DNA of 64,000 bases from Candidatus Entotheonellaceae bacterium (GCA_965238075.1 OZ250173.1:3200001-3264000), one strand, 5' to 3'; positions 17,784 to 27,995 are shown, numbered from the stretch's first letter. Made by a program: numbers and translations. The notes: a model not told the origin generated them from the sequence alone.

Positions 17784-18800
17784 TCAGGCCGCGCAGAGGA
17801 AATCCCGGCCATCGACAAAGCCCATACGCCCAAGGACATCCCGAATCTCGCCCCTCGCCTGCTCACCGGCCACCGAGGCGATCAGCGGCCGCCGCGGCAG
17901 ACTCGGCAGCGCCGGCGGCGGGATGACCGGAGCGCCGTGAATCCGCTTGCCCAGTCGCCCAGGATGCAACTCGACGATGTGCGAGGGCGTCTTGCCATGC
18001 CGCAACAGGGCGCGCCGCAGCGCCTTGCCGGTACTGCCGTATCCCCACAACACGTAGGTATCCGCATCCGCCAGAAAGTAATCAGCGAGAAAGGCGGCCT
18101 TGCAGGCCGTGAAGCGGGCCAGATCGTAGGCCGGATGGGTGCGGGAAAGACGTTGCGGGGCGTCGCGCCAACTCAACAGCCGCTGCGGTACTACGCCTAC
18201 CCGCCAGCCGCGCGTCAGGGCGCGCAGCAGCAGATCGTAATCCTCCGGCCAGCCGCAGTCACGGTAGCCGAGGTCCATTAACAGGGCGCGGCGCATCATC
18301 AGCGTCGGGTGCGCCACCGGGCACTCGACGAAGGCGTCCTGCCGCACCCGGTCCGCCGAGTCCAGGCTGTTCAACCAACGCTCGTAAGAACGCCGGCCAG
18401 GGCGCATATGGCGACGCGGAAATAGGCGAACGTGGCACCCGACGGCAGCGAGTCGGGGATCGGCTCGCAGCGCCTGGATCTGCGCCGCCAAGCGGTGGCG
18501 GTGCATCAGGTCGTCGGCGTCCATGCGGGCGATCAGGGGCGCCCGGCACCGCTGCAGCCCGGTGTTCAGGGCGGCAACGATGCCGCGATGGGGCTTGCTG
18601 ACGATCTCGAAGCGCGGGTCCCCAGCGGCAACGTGGCGGGCGCACGTCAGGGTGTCGTCGTCCGAACCATCATCGACGACTACACAGTGCCAACGTTCCT
18701 CGCTCTGACGTTGCAGGCTACGCAGGCAGGCTGGCAGGGTTGGCGCGGCGTTCCAGGCTGGCAGCAGGATGGACACACGAGGATGGGATGCGGCCGTCAC
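17784..18800 (-). CDS. Glycosyltransferase family 2 with C-terminal Rossmann-like domain
   Basis: GTGA overlap with the upstream gene; VVDDGSDD, RMDADD, PEDYDL and WGYGSTGK. Confidence 0.88.
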   Translation of the reverse strand: MTAASHPRVSILLPAWNAAPTLPACLRSLQRQSEERWHCVVVDDGSDDDTLTCARHVAAGDPRFEIVSKPHRGIVAALNTGLQRCRAPLIARMDADDLMHRHRLAAQIQALRADPRLAAVGCHVRLFPRRHMRPGRRSYERWLNSLDSADRVRQDAFVECPVAHPTLMMRRALLMDLGYRDCGWPEDYDLLLRALTRGWRVGVVPQRLLSWRDAPQRLSRTHPAYDLARFTACKAAFLADYFLADADTYVLWGYGSTGKALRRALLRHGKTPSHIVELHPGRLGKRIHGAPVIPPPALPSLPRRPLIASVAGEQARGEIRDVLGRMGFVDGRDFLCAA

Positions 18801-19861
18801 GTCTTTCGCGCCGCCAGGCGCTCCTGCACGCTCTTGACGAGCAGCGGCCAAGCGATGGTGGCGTCGCACGGCACTTCGGCGAACCGTCCGCCCTCGTTGG
18901 GCGGCACGAATTTGCCCCACGAGACGCCCTCGGCATAGGTGCAGCCGGACAAGCCGCCCCAGTGCACCGGCTCGGGGCAGATGCGCACGCCGTACGTAAA
19001 GCGCCGGAAGGCGCCGCCGTGACCGATGCGTTTCTGGATGATTTCCAGATACGGGCCGACCTGCTGCCCCCAATTGCGGGGGACGCCGCCGCCGATGGTG
19101 AAAATGCCCAGCACCTCGCGGGGACGCAGGCATTCGGCGTAATGCTCCAGGTCCAGAAACGGGTCGAACGCAAAAGTCGGCTTGCCGGCAACACGCCGCT
19201 GACGGTTGTACAACGCGAAATCCAGCCCCAGCTCGGAATCGGTAAAGGCTGGCACGTAGACCGGCACCTGGCGCTTGCAGGCGCTTTGCAAAATGCCGCG
19301 CCCTGCCCCCTGCTCCAGCAGATAGGTGCCGATCAGACGGCTGATTTCGTGGCTGCTCAGGGTCTGGGCCGGGTCAACATTTTCCAGCACACGCACCAGG
19401 ATGTCGGAAATGTCGTCGAGGTTCTTTTCCAGCTCAAGGGTATCGTAGACGCGGTTATAGCCGCGGTAATACAACTCGCGGTCGTCCATGGTGGGATCGT
19501 ACTTGAAATGCGTGCGCCCGGCGGCTTCGACAAAGCCATGTGCCATGAGGGCGCCGGTGGACACCACGGCATCGAGCATGCGGTGTTCGATCATGTCGGA
19601 GAGCACCAGGCCCATTTTGGCGATGGTCATGGCGCCGGAGAATGTGCCCACCACGAAGCAGTCCGGATCGGCGACCATGTCGTACAGCACGTCGGCGGCC
19701 TCGCCGAGATTGCGCCCGCCAAAGGCCGTCTGGCTCATGGCCGCCACGAGGTCCGAGAAGCTCTCAACACTCGCCAAGTCGAGGGCTACGGTCGGGCGCA
19801 GTTGGTCCGAAAAACCGTCCCGCAGATCGGTACGGGGACCGGATGAGGAATCGGGCTGCAT
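18797..19861 (-). CDS. Deoxyhypusine synthase / homospermidine synthase-like protein
   Basis: TAFGGRNLG, PAFTDSELG, IGGGVPRN and GGLSGCTYAEGVSWGK. Confidence 0.9.
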   Translation of the reverse strand: MQPDSSSGPRTDLRDGFSDQLRPTVALDLASVESFSDLVAAMSQTAFGGRNLGEAADVLYDMVADPDCFVVGTFSGAMTIAKMGLVLSDMIEHRMLDAVVSTGALMAHGFVEAAGRTHFKYDPTMDDRELYYRGYNRVYDTLELEKNLDDISDILVRVLENVDPAQTLSSHEISRLIGTYLLEQGAGRGILQSACKRQVPVYVPAFTDSELGLDFALYNRQRRVAGKPTFAFDPFLDLEHYAECLRPREVLGIFTIGGGVPRNWGQQVGPYLEIIQKRIGHGGAFRRFTYGVRICPEPVHWGGLSGCTYAEGVSWGKFVPPNEGGRFAEVPCDATIAWPLLVKSVQERLAARKT

Positions 19862-19872
19862 GGGGGTCTCCT

Positions 19873-20814
19873 TCATGCCTGACCGGAGGCCGCTTCCCAG
19901 ATCAGATCGACAACGCGCTGCACGCCAGCGGTGGGCACTACGCCGCAGCCGCGGGCGGGACGGATGGTCCAATGATCGCCGCGGCAGGCAATCTCGATCC
20001 AGAAATCCTGTGTCAGGTCGGCCTCGGCGACGAGCACCGCGACCATGGCCCTGCGGCGCTCCGGGTCGTATAGAAAGTCTCGGCAGCGGACGGTAATCGG
20101 CGGGTGGCCGGCACAAAGCTTGCCGGCCCAAGGTAGTTCCAAGCTTTGAGGATCGAATCGGCCCACGCGGCGAGCCTGCACGTCAATCTCCTTCCTCAGC
20201 GGCACGGCGTGATGCGCGATTTTTTGCAGTCGCAGTTCATAAAACTCCCGCTGCCCGCCAGCCACCCACTTGCGTTCGTACTTGGTGCGAAAATGCGGCG
20301 CGATGACCCGCCAATCCCCCTCGAAGCCGCTGCCGGGAATTTGTTCCAACACCCAACGCAGGTAGGGCTCCTGGTCGGTAACGACGAGCACCTCCCCGTC
20401 CGGCTGCAGGCGGCTGTTGAGGAGCGTGAGGAAGGCGTGCGAAAACAGGCGATGCTTGGCGTGGCGCTCCTTCGGCCACGGGCACGGGAACAGGCTGTAG
20501 ACGCGCCGCAACGTGAGGGGCTCAAAGAGACGCTGTAGCGCCGGATGGGCGTCAACAAGTAACAAGCGAACGTTGGCGAGCCGCGATTTTGCAATGCGCC
20601 GCAGGGCGCGCTGCACCGGCGCCCACTCGATCTCGATACCGACGAAGTTCCGACCCGGTTGCTGCTGCGCCCGGCGCACCAGAAATTCACCGTTGCCAAA
20701 GCCGATTTCCACTTCCAGAGGGGCCTGCGAGCCGAACTGCCCTGGCCAGTCGATGGGACGCCCGACGTTCCGCCACAGCAGGAACGGTTTGAACGACAGG
20801 TACCGCGCTTTCAC
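19873..20814 (-). CDS. trmB: tRNA (guanine-N7)-methyltransferase with C-terminal extension
   Basis: EIGFGNG, FPCPWPKERHAKHRL, VTD and TKYERK. Confidence 0.88.
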   Translation of the reverse strand: MKARYLSFKPFLLWRNVGRPIDWPGQFGSQAPLEVEIGFGNGEFLVRRAQQQPGRNFVGIEIEWAPVQRALRRIAKSRLANVRLLLVDAHPALQRLFEPLTLRRVYSLFPCPWPKERHAKHRLFSHAFLTLLNSRLQPDGEVLVVTDQEPYLRWVLEQIPGSGFEGDWRVIAPHFRTKYERKWVAGGQREFYELRLQKIAHHAVPLRKEIDVQARRVGRFDPQSLELPWAGKLCAGHPPITVRCRDFLYDPERRRAMVAVLVAEADLTQDFWIEIACRGDHWTIRPARGCGVVPTAGVQRVVDLIWEAASGQA

Positions 20815-20835
20815 GTCCTCCCTTCCCGGTACCGC

Positions 20836-21924
20836 TTAGCCATGCCGTTTCTGAAACGCCGCCATGAAATCCGCCAGGGCGCGCACGGCCTCGACGGTCA
20901 CGGCGTTGTACAGGGAAACGCGGATGCCGCCGAGGGCTTGATGCCCTTTCAGACCCTGCAGTCCTTCTCCGGCGGCCTCGCTGACGAACAGGGCTGTCAA
21001 TTCCTCGTTCGGCAGGTGGAACGTGACGTTCATGTGCGAGCGGCTGCCCGGCTGCGCGTGGCCGCGGTAAAAGCCGCCGGAATCGTCGATGGCGCCGTAC
21101 AGCAACCCAGCCTTCTCGTCGTTGCGGGCCGCCACCGCCGCCATGCCGCCCTGCTCCAGTATGCGCCGGGCGACCAAGCCGACAATGTAGATGGCGAACA
21201 CCGGCGGCGTGTTCTGCAGCGAGTTGGTGGCGGCCATGCCGGCGTAGCTCAGCATCGTCGGCAGGTCGGAGCGGCAACGCTCCAACAGGTTCCGCCGGAT
21301 GACCACCAGGGTGACGCCGGCCGCCCCCATGTTCTTCTGGGCGCCGCCGTAGATGAGCCCGAAGCGCTTCAGATCGATGGGATAGCTCAGGATATCCGAC
21401 GACATGTCGCAGACTAGCGGCACCTCGCCCGCTTCGGGAACGGCGGCATATTGGGTGCCCATGATCGAGTTGTTGCTGGTGTAGTGCAGATAGGCGGCGT
21501 CCGGGAGCACTTGGTAATCGTCAGGTCCGGGCACGCGGTCGTGGCCGCTGGCGGCGCTGGACCATAGGGTGCGGGCGTCGCCTATCTTGCCGGCTTCCTC
21601 GCGGGCCGCCTCACCCCAGACGCCGGTCTCCAGGTAGGCGGCGTGCCTTCCCTGGGGCAGCAGATTCATCGGCACCAGCGCGAACTGCGTCTGCGCACCG
21701 CCGCCCATGAACAGAATGGCATGGTCGTCGCTGCCGCCAAACAACTCTCGCAGATCGGCGATGGCCTGTTGGTGAATCTCGTCGTACACCGGACCCCGGT
21801 GGCTGGTTTCCAGGATGGACATGCCGGTGCCGCCGAAATCGAGCAGGTCCGCCTGCACCTGCTGCAGGACGGGCAACGGCAGCGTCGCAGGCCCGGCATT
21901 GAAATTATAGACACGCGTCGTCAT
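20836..21924 (-). CDS. serC: Phosphoserine aminotransferase
   Basis: YNFNAGPATLP, DMSSD, GAQKNMG, NTPPVF and GIRVSLYNA. Confidence 0.95.
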   Translation of the reverse strand: MTTRVYNFNAGPATLPLPVLQQVQADLLDFGGTGMSILETSHRGPVYDEIHQQAIADLRELFGGSDDHAILFMGGGAQTQFALVPMNLLPQGRHAAYLETGVWGEAAREEAGKIGDARTLWSSAASGHDRVPGPDDYQVLPDAAYLHYTSNNSIMGTQYAAVPEAGEVPLVCDMSSDILSYPIDLKRFGLIYGGAQKNMGAAGVTLVVIRRNLLERCRSDLPTMLSYAGMAATNSLQNTPPVFAIYIVGLVARRILEQGGMAAVAARNDEKAGLLYGAIDDSGGFYRGHAQPGSRSHMNVTFHLPNEELTALFVSEAAGEGLQGLKGHQALGGIRVSLYNAVTVEAVRALADFMAAFQKRHG

Positions 21925-21935
21925 GACGCCCTCGC

Positions 21936-23129
21936 CTAGTGCAACAATTCCTGGATATTGGGCATCAGCGGCCGCACCGCCAGAGTCTTCAGGGCGAAAT
22001 TGCTGCCCTCGCCGACGCGGCACACGAACAGGTCGCGCTGATGGCGGGTGAGCCCGAATTCGTCGAGGCAGGCGACGCCGCCGCAGATTTCCATGGCCAG
22101 CGGCAGCAGCTCCGAGGCGCGCCGCGAGCACTCGATCTTGACCTTAGCCGCCGACTCGCGGCTCATATCGCCGGCCTCGTACTGGGCCACGCAGTGCATG
22201 AGCCAGGTGAGGCCCTGCTCCAGGGCGATGTCCATGTCGAGCAGCACGTCCTGCACGCGCTGAAAACGTCCGATAGGCAGATCGGCAAACTGCCGGCGCT
22301 CCTGTGCGTAGGCGCGGCAGGCGTCCAGTGCGAAGGCCAACGAGGCCAGTGCCAATGAAGCAATGAACAAGCGACCGCCGTTCAGCGTCGTCACCATCAC
22401 GCGGAAGCCCTCGTCCTCCTCGCCCAGCATGGCCGATTCCGGCACCTGAACGCCGTCCAGGGCGATAACGCCGGTGGAGGATTGCAGCCACACTTCCTTG
22501 CCGCCCATTTCGTGGTACGAGACGCTGGGATCATCCATCGGCACGATGAAGCAGGTGGAGCGGTGTCCGGGCGGGTTCTGCGGCCGGGTCATGGCATGCA
22601 CGACGACGTGGCTGGCCCATTTGGCGTTGGTGGACCAGCATTTTTCACCCTGCAAGCGCCAGCCGCCGGGAACGCGCGCGGCGGTGACTTGCGGATTGGC
22701 GGCGTCCGAGCCGCGGCCCGGCTCCGACAGGCCGAAGACGAACATGCGGCGGCCCGCCGCCAGGTCCGGGAGATGGGCTTGCTTCTGATCTTCGCGTCCG
22801 CACAACTGCAGCGGCTTGATGCCCAGACTGGCGGCGGCGCCCGGGGTGATGGCGACACTGTGGCTGTGGTAGCCCAGCGCCAGGCCCATCAGCACCAACT
22901 CCGTCTGCAAGCCACCCTGGCCGCCGTATTCTTCCGCAACCGTGAGGCCGAACAGTCCCAGATCCGCCATCGCCTGCACGGCCTTTTCGGGCACCAGGCA
23001 GCGTTGTCGTTCCCAGCTCAGCAAATGCGGCGCAATCTCCTGGTGCGCGAAGTCGCACACCGCCTGGTAGAACATGAGCCGCTCCGCCGCGACCAGGGGT
23101 TCCAGGTAAACGTCCATACGCCGCGACAT
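21936..23129 (-). CDS. Acyl-CoA dehydrogenase family protein
   Basis: FGLSEPGRGSDA, GEKCWSTN, RRQF..PIGRFQ and GEGS. Confidence 0.9.
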   Translation of the reverse strand: MSRRMDVYLEPLVAAERLMFYQAVCDFAHQEIAPHLLSWERQRCLVPEKAVQAMADLGLFGLTVAEEYGGQGGLQTELVLMGLALGYHSHSVAITPGAAASLGIKPLQLCGREDQKQAHLPDLAAGRRMFVFGLSEPGRGSDAANPQVTAARVPGGWRLQGEKCWSTNAKWASHVVVHAMTRPQNPPGHRSTCFIVPMDDPSVSYHEMGGKEVWLQSSTGVIALDGVQVPESAMLGEEDEGFRVMVTTLNGGRLFIASLALASLAFALDACRAYAQERRQFADLPIGRFQRVQDVLLDMDIALEQGLTWLMHCVAQYEAGDMSRESAAKVKIECSRRASELLPLAMEICGGVACLDEFGLTRHQRDLFVCRVGEGSNFALKTLAVRPLMPNIQELLH

Positions 23130-23321
23130 GGCCATTCTCCTCAGTGGGTCCACCATATTTCCGTGCGCGCAACCGGGTACGTCAGCATGACCAAAACGGC
23201 CTTGCGAGTCAATACCGCCCGCTGTCGCCCCGTAGATTCCGCCAGGCAATCAGCGTATAGTGGCGCCCCAGCCAACCACAACCCGTTACCGGCCTCTGGC
23301 CACGCCTCGGAAAGGAAGCCG

Positions 23322-23738
23322 ATGGAACTTGAACGCCCCCTGCCAGCCCCGATAACCCCGGAAACCAAGCCGTTTTGGGACGGCCTGAAGGAAGGCAAGC
23401 TGCTGCTGCCCAGATGCGACGACACCGGCCAGGTCTTCTTCTACCCACGCGCCGTGTCGCCGTTCACCCACTCACGCAACATCTCCTGGATCGAAGCCAG
23501 CGGCAAGGGCACCCTGTATTCCTTTGAGATTCTCCACCGCCCGTTCGTGCGCGAGGTCAAGACCCCCCTGCCATACGTCCTTGCCATGGTGCAGCTCGAG
23601 GAGGGACCGCGCATGCTGTCCAACCTCATCAACGTCGAGCCCGACCCGCAGGCTATCCGTTGCGACATGCCGGTGGAAGTGGTGTTTCACAAGCTGAACG
23701 ACGACGTCACCCTTCCCCTGTTCCAGCCAGCCAGCTAA
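23322..23738 (+). CDS. DUF35 (Zn-ribbon/OB-fold) protein
   Basis: PFWDGLKEGKL..YPRA..ASGKGTLYSF..PYVLAMVQLEEGPRM. Confidence 0.88.
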   Translation: MELERPLPAPITPETKPFWDGLKEGKLLLPRCDDTGQVFFYPRAVSPFTHSRNISWIEASGKGTLYSFEILHRPFVREVKTPLPYVLAMVQLEEGPRMLSNLINVEPDPQAIRCDMPVEVVFHKLNDDVTLPLFQPAS

Positions 23739-23774
23739 CACCCCGGTCGAAATCCGGCAGCAAGAGAGGTCGGT

Positions 23775-24920
23775 ATGAAAGGTTTAAGCAATTCCGTATG
23801 TATTGTCGGCGTGGACGAGAGCGACGCCATCGGCGTGCTGCCCAATACCAGCCAGTTGGCCCTGCACTTGGAAGCGATCAGCAACGCGGTGCGCGACGCC
23901 GGCCTGCAGGTGAGCGACGTGGACGGCATCTTCACCGCCGGCCAGCACTCCCCGGCGCTGCTTGGCGAGGCGTTGGGCATCACGCCGCGTTACGTCGACG
24001 GCACCAGCGTCGGCGGCTGCTCCTTCATGATCATGGTGGAGCACGCCATGTTGGCGCTGCACCACGGCCTGTGCGACGTGGCGGTGATCTCGCACGGCGA
24101 GAGCGGCAGGTCCGGCGTCGGCGTGACGCGCGGGCGCGATTCCAGCCTCAGCGGCCAGTTCGAGACCCCCTTCGGCTTCGGCGGCGCGCCGACGTATTTC
24201 GGCCTCATCACCACGCGCCACATGCACGAGTACGGCACCACCCTGGAGCAGTGGGCACAGGTGGCCGTGTCGACGCGGGCCTGGGCCGGGCTCAACCCCA
24301 AGGCCATGTACCGCGATCCGCTGACCGTCGAAGAGGTGCTGAACTCGCGGCCCATCTGCTACCCGCTCAACGTGCTGAACATCTGCCTGGTCACCGACGC
24401 CGGCGGCGCCGTGGTGCTCACCCGCGCCGACCGCGCCAAGGATTGCACCAAGAAGCCCGTGTACGTGCGCGGCACCGGCGAGGGCACGGAGCACGTCATG
24501 GTGACGCAGATGAAGGGTCTGCCGCTGAGCGAGGCGACGCGCATCTCCGGCAAGCGCGCCTTTGAAATGGCGGGCGTCAAGCCGGGCGACTTCGACCACG
24601 TGATGCTCTACGACGCCTTCACTTCCGGCCCGCCGATCATGCTCGAATCCCTCGGCATGTGCGAGCCCGGCGAGGGCGTCACCTTCTTCGAGGAAGGGCG
24701 TTCGACGCCCGGCGGCTCGCTGCCGATCAACACCAACGGCGGCGGCCTGTCGTACACCCACTCGGGAATGTACGGCATCTTCCCGATTCTGGAGGCCACC
24801 CGCCAGCTGCGCGGCGAGTGCGGCGCCCGCCAGGTGCCTAACGCCAGCCTATCGCTGGTCAACGGCATGGGCGGCATGCTCTCGGCCGCCGGCACCCTGG
24901 TGCTGTCGAACGTAGCGTAG
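23775..24920 (+). CDS. Thiolase-like protein (SCP-x/Ltp2-like)
   Basis: GGCS, CLVTDAGGAVV, LYDAFT and NTNGGGLSYTH; follows DUF35. Confidence 0.88.
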   Translation: MKGLSNSVCIVGVDESDAIGVLPNTSQLALHLEAISNAVRDAGLQVSDVDGIFTAGQHSPALLGEALGITPRYVDGTSVGGCSFMIMVEHAMLALHHGLCDVAVISHGESGRSGVGVTRGRDSSLSGQFETPFGFGGAPTYFGLITTRHMHEYGTTLEQWAQVAVSTRAWAGLNPKAMYRDPLTVEEVLNSRPICYPLNVLNICLVTDAGGAVVLTRADRAKDCTKKPVYVRGTGEGTEHVMVTQMKGLPLSEATRISGKRAFEMAGVKPGDFDHVMLYDAFTSGPPIMLESLGMCEPGEGVTFFEEGRSTPGGSLPINTNGGGLSYTHSGMYGIFPILEATRQLRGECGARQVPNASLSLVNGMGGMLSAAGTLVLSNVA

Positions 24921-24951
24921 CGTAGCGCAGCGTAATCCGACATTCCCCAAC
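24911..24951 (+). repeat. Degenerate REP with (CGTAG)3 slippage over the thiolase stop codon
   Basis: CGTAGCGTAGCGTAGCGCAGCGTAATCCGAC. Confidence 0.65.
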
Positions 24952-24977
24952 CTGCAGCAAGTTCCGGAGGACCCGGG

Positions 24978-26153
24978 ATGGAGCCCATCGCTCTGGACCA
25001 ACTCACCGACATCGACTCGATGTTGACCGACGACGAACGCCTGACGCGCGACACGGTGCGGCAGTTCGTGGCGGAAAAATACCTGCCGATAGTCGGCGAG
25101 CACTTCGAGCAGCACACCTTCCCGGACCATCTGGTGCCGGAGATCGCCGCCCTCGGCCTGCTCGGCGCCAGTATCAAGGGCTACGGCTGCGCCGGGGTCA
25201 ACGCGGTCACCTATGGCCTCATCCTGCAGGAGTTGGAATACGGCGACAGCGGCCTGCGCAGCTTCGTATCGGTGCAAGGCTCGCTGGCCATGTACGCCAT
25301 CTACCGCTTCGGGTCCGAAGCGCAGCGGCAACACTGGCTGCCGCGCATGGCCAAGGGCGAGGCCATCGGCTGCTTCGGGCTGACGGAACCCGACTCCGGC
25401 TCCGACCCCGGCGCCATGCGCACCACGGCGCGCCCGGACGGCGACGCCTACGTGCTCAACGGCAGCAAGATGTGGATCACCAACTCCCCGGTGTGCGACG
25501 TGGCAGTGGTGTGGGCCAAGCTGGCGGCGGACGACCACCAAACGGTGCGCGGCTTTCTGGTCGAACGCGGCCCCCCCGGTTTCGACACCCCGTCCATCCT
25601 GCGCAAAATGTCCATGCGCGCCTCGCACACCGGCGAGATCGTGCTGTCGGACTGCCGCATTCCCAAGGAAAATATCCTGCCCGAATCGCGCGGTCTGGGC
25701 TCGCCCCTGGCCTGCCTCAACCAAGCGCGCTTCGGAGTCTCTTGGGGCGTCATGGGGGCGGCGCGGGCGTGCTTCGATTCGGCCTTGGCGTACAGCCGCA
25801 GCCGGGTACAGTTCGGCGTGCCGATCGGCGGCAAGCAGCTAATCCAGGAGCACCTGGTCGACATGGCAGTGGAGATCGCCAAAGGCCAGTTGATGAACGT
25901 CCACTTCGCCCGCCTCAAGGACAAGGACCGGCTGACGCCGTACCAGGTCAGCATGGCCAAGAAGAACAACGTGCGGCAGGCACTCGCCATCGCCCGCAAG
26001 GCGCGCTCGATCCACGGCGCCAGCGGTATCTCGCTGGAGCACGCGCCCATCCGGCACCTGCTCAACCTCGAATCGGTTTACACCTACGAGGGCACCGACG
26101 AGATTCACACCCTGGTCCTGGGCCGCGCGCTGACCGGGCTGGATGCTTTTTAG
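24978..26153 (+). CDS. Glutaryl-CoA dehydrogenase-like acyl-CoA dehydrogenase
   Basis: DSGLRSFVSVQ, GCFGLTEPDSGSDP and YTYEGTDEIHTLVLGRALTG. Confidence 0.88.
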   Translation: MEPIALDQLTDIDSMLTDDERLTRDTVRQFVAEKYLPIVGEHFEQHTFPDHLVPEIAALGLLGASIKGYGCAGVNAVTYGLILQELEYGDSGLRSFVSVQGSLAMYAIYRFGSEAQRQHWLPRMAKGEAIGCFGLTEPDSGSDPGAMRTTARPDGDAYVLNGSKMWITNSPVCDVAVVWAKLAADDHQTVRGFLVERGPPGFDTPSILRKMSMRASHTGEIVLSDCRIPKENILPESRGLGSPLACLNQARFGVSWGVMGAARACFDSALAYSRSRVQFGVPIGGKQLIQEHLVDMAVEIAKGQLMNVHFARLKDKDRLTPYQVSMAKKNNVRQALAIARKARSIHGASGISLEHAPIRHLLNLESVYTYEGTDEIHTLVLGRALTGLDAF

Positions 26154-26176
26154 ATGAGAAGACGAATCTTTGGGTA

Positions 26177-26278
26177 CGCCACTCTGGCGAAAGCCAGAGT
26201 CCAGAGGCTTCCGGGGGCTAAGAACCCGCCCTGGACTGGCCCGGGAGCGGTGGATTCCGGATCAAGCCGGGAATGACG
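26177..26278. repeat. CGTC-type palindromic repeat pair
   Basis: CGCCACTCTGGCGAAAGCCAGAGTCCAG..TGGATTCCGGATCAAGCCGGGAATGACG. Confidence 0.65.
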
Positions 26279-26310
26279 ATTTGGGGGCTGGGCGGGCCGT
26301 TTCCATAATG

Positions 26311-26340
26311 AGGTCGGATTACGTCGTGCTAATCCGACCT
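26311..26340. repeat. GTAG-type REP
   Basis: AGGTCGGATTACGTCGTGCTAATCCGACCT. Confidence 0.75.
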
Positions 26341-26367
26341 CAAGCTTGACGCCTTGTGAGGACCTTA

Positions 26368-27288
26368 ATGTTCGTCACCTACCATCCGGGCTACGTCGTG
26401 GACATCGGCGCCGGACATCGCTTTCCGATGCAGAAATACGGCTTGGTATGTGAACGCCTGCTTGCCGAGGGCACCCTGTCGGCAGAATGGGTGGCGGCGC
26501 CCCAACCGGTGGCGACGGAAGACCTGCTGCTGGTGCACACACGCGACTACGTCACGCGATTTCTCGCCGGCGACATGACGGCCAAGGAGATGCAAACGCT
26601 GGGCTTTCCGTGGTCGGCGGCCTTGGCGCGGCGCGCGCGGCTGGCGGTGCACGGGACGATCACGGCTAGCCGGCTGGCGTGGCGCGACGGCCTGGCGGCG
26701 AATCTGGCGGGCGGTTCGCATCACGCGTTTGCGGATCACGGCGAGGGGTTCTCGGTGTTCAACGACATCGCCGTGGCCATCCGCGTCCTGCAGCGCGATC
26801 ATGGCTTGCAACGCGCCGCAGTGGTCGATTGCGACGTACATCAGGGCAACGGCACCGCGACCATCTTTGCGGATGATTCCAGCGTTTACACGTGTTCCCT
26901 GCACGGCGAGAAGAATTACCCGTTCGACAAACCGCCGAGCGACCTGGACGTGGCGCTGCCCGACGGCACCGGCGACGCCGCGTATCTGGAGGCTTTGGAC
27001 GCGGCCTTGCAAACCGTGCAGCGCGAGTTTCGCCCGCAGATGGTCTGGTACCTGGCAGGTGCCGATCCCTACGAAGGCGACCGGCTCGGGCGGCTGTCGC
27101 TGTCGCTGGACGGCCTGCGGCGGCGCGATGTCCGCGTGTTGTCCGCCTTTCGCAACGCTGATGTGCCGCTGGTTATCACCCTGGGCGGCGGTTACGCGCC
27201 TGAGATCGAGGCAATCGCTGAGGCGCACTGCCAGACGGTGCGCGCCGCTTGCCGGCTGGCCACGGGCCTGTCACTGGCCGGCGATTGA
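26368..27288 (+). CDS. Histone deacetylase family protein
   Basis: HRFPMQKY, GGSHHA, DCDVHQGNGT, GADP..D and GGGY. Confidence 0.92.
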   Translation: MFVTYHPGYVVDIGAGHRFPMQKYGLVCERLLAEGTLSAEWVAAPQPVATEDLLLVHTRDYVTRFLAGDMTAKEMQTLGFPWSAALARRARLAVHGTITASRLAWRDGLAANLAGGSHHAFADHGEGFSVFNDIAVAIRVLQRDHGLQRAAVVDCDVHQGNGTATIFADDSSVYTCSLHGEKNYPFDKPPSDLDVALPDGTGDAAYLEALDAALQTVQREFRPQMVWYLAGADPYEGDRLGRLSLSLDGLRRRDVRVLSAFRNADVPLVITLGGGYAPEIEAIAEAHCQTVRAACRLATGLSLAGD

Positions 27289-27318
27289 ATCAACCCGTAG
27301 GATCATGAGGAGAAGACG

Positions 27319-27972
27319 ATGATGATCGTTTCCGCCCCTACCAATCTGTTGATGATGACGGCCGGGCTGGCGCTCATGGTGCTGCTGTCGCGCAACGGCT
27401 CCGCCGAGCCGGTCAGCGAGGCCATCGCCATGCTGGAGACGGGCAAGACCGCCGAGCGGCGGCAGGCCGTCCTGAACCTCGCCCGCATCGGCGACCAGCG
27501 CGCCGCACAGCCCCTGGCCAAGGCGATGCACGACGCCGACCGCATGGTGCGCGAAACGTCGGCGCAGGCGCTGTGGCAGGTGTGGCACCGCTCCGGCGAC
27601 GACGAGGTGGACAGGCGCTTGCAGGCGGGCATCGGCGCCATGAACCGGCGCGCCTTGGACGAGGCCGTGAACATCTTCTCGGAAGTCATCGCCATGGCGC
27701 CCGACTTCGCCGAGGGCTACAACAAGCGCGCCACCGCCTACTACATGCAAGAGAGATACGAAGAGTCCCTGGAGGACTGCGACAAGACGCTGCAACTCAA
27801 CCCCATCCACTTCGGGGCGCTCAGCGGCTCGGGCCTGGTCTACCTGGGGCTGCGCAATCCGGTCAAGGCCCTGGAGTTGTTCAAGCGCGCCATCGTCGTC
27901 AATCCCAACATGCCGTCGGTCAAACAAAATATCGAGGACCTGACTCGCTACCTGCGGGATCAAACCACCTGA
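27319..27972 (+). CDS. HEAT plus TPR repeat protein, likely exported
   Basis: Hydrophobic N-terminus; PDFAEGYNKRA..LNPIHFGALSG. Confidence 0.85.
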   Translation: MMIVSAPTNLLMMTAGLALMVLLSRNGSAEPVSEAIAMLETGKTAERRQAVLNLARIGDQRAAQPLAKAMHDADRMVRETSAQALWQVWHRSGDDEVDRRLQAGIGAMNRRALDEAVNIFSEVIAMAPDFAEGYNKRATAYYMQERYEESLEDCDKTLQLNPIHFGALSGSGLVYLGLRNPVKALELFKRAIVVNPNMPSVKQNIEDLTRYLRDQTT

Positions 27973-27995
27973 CAATGCCCGGACAGGAGACCCAC

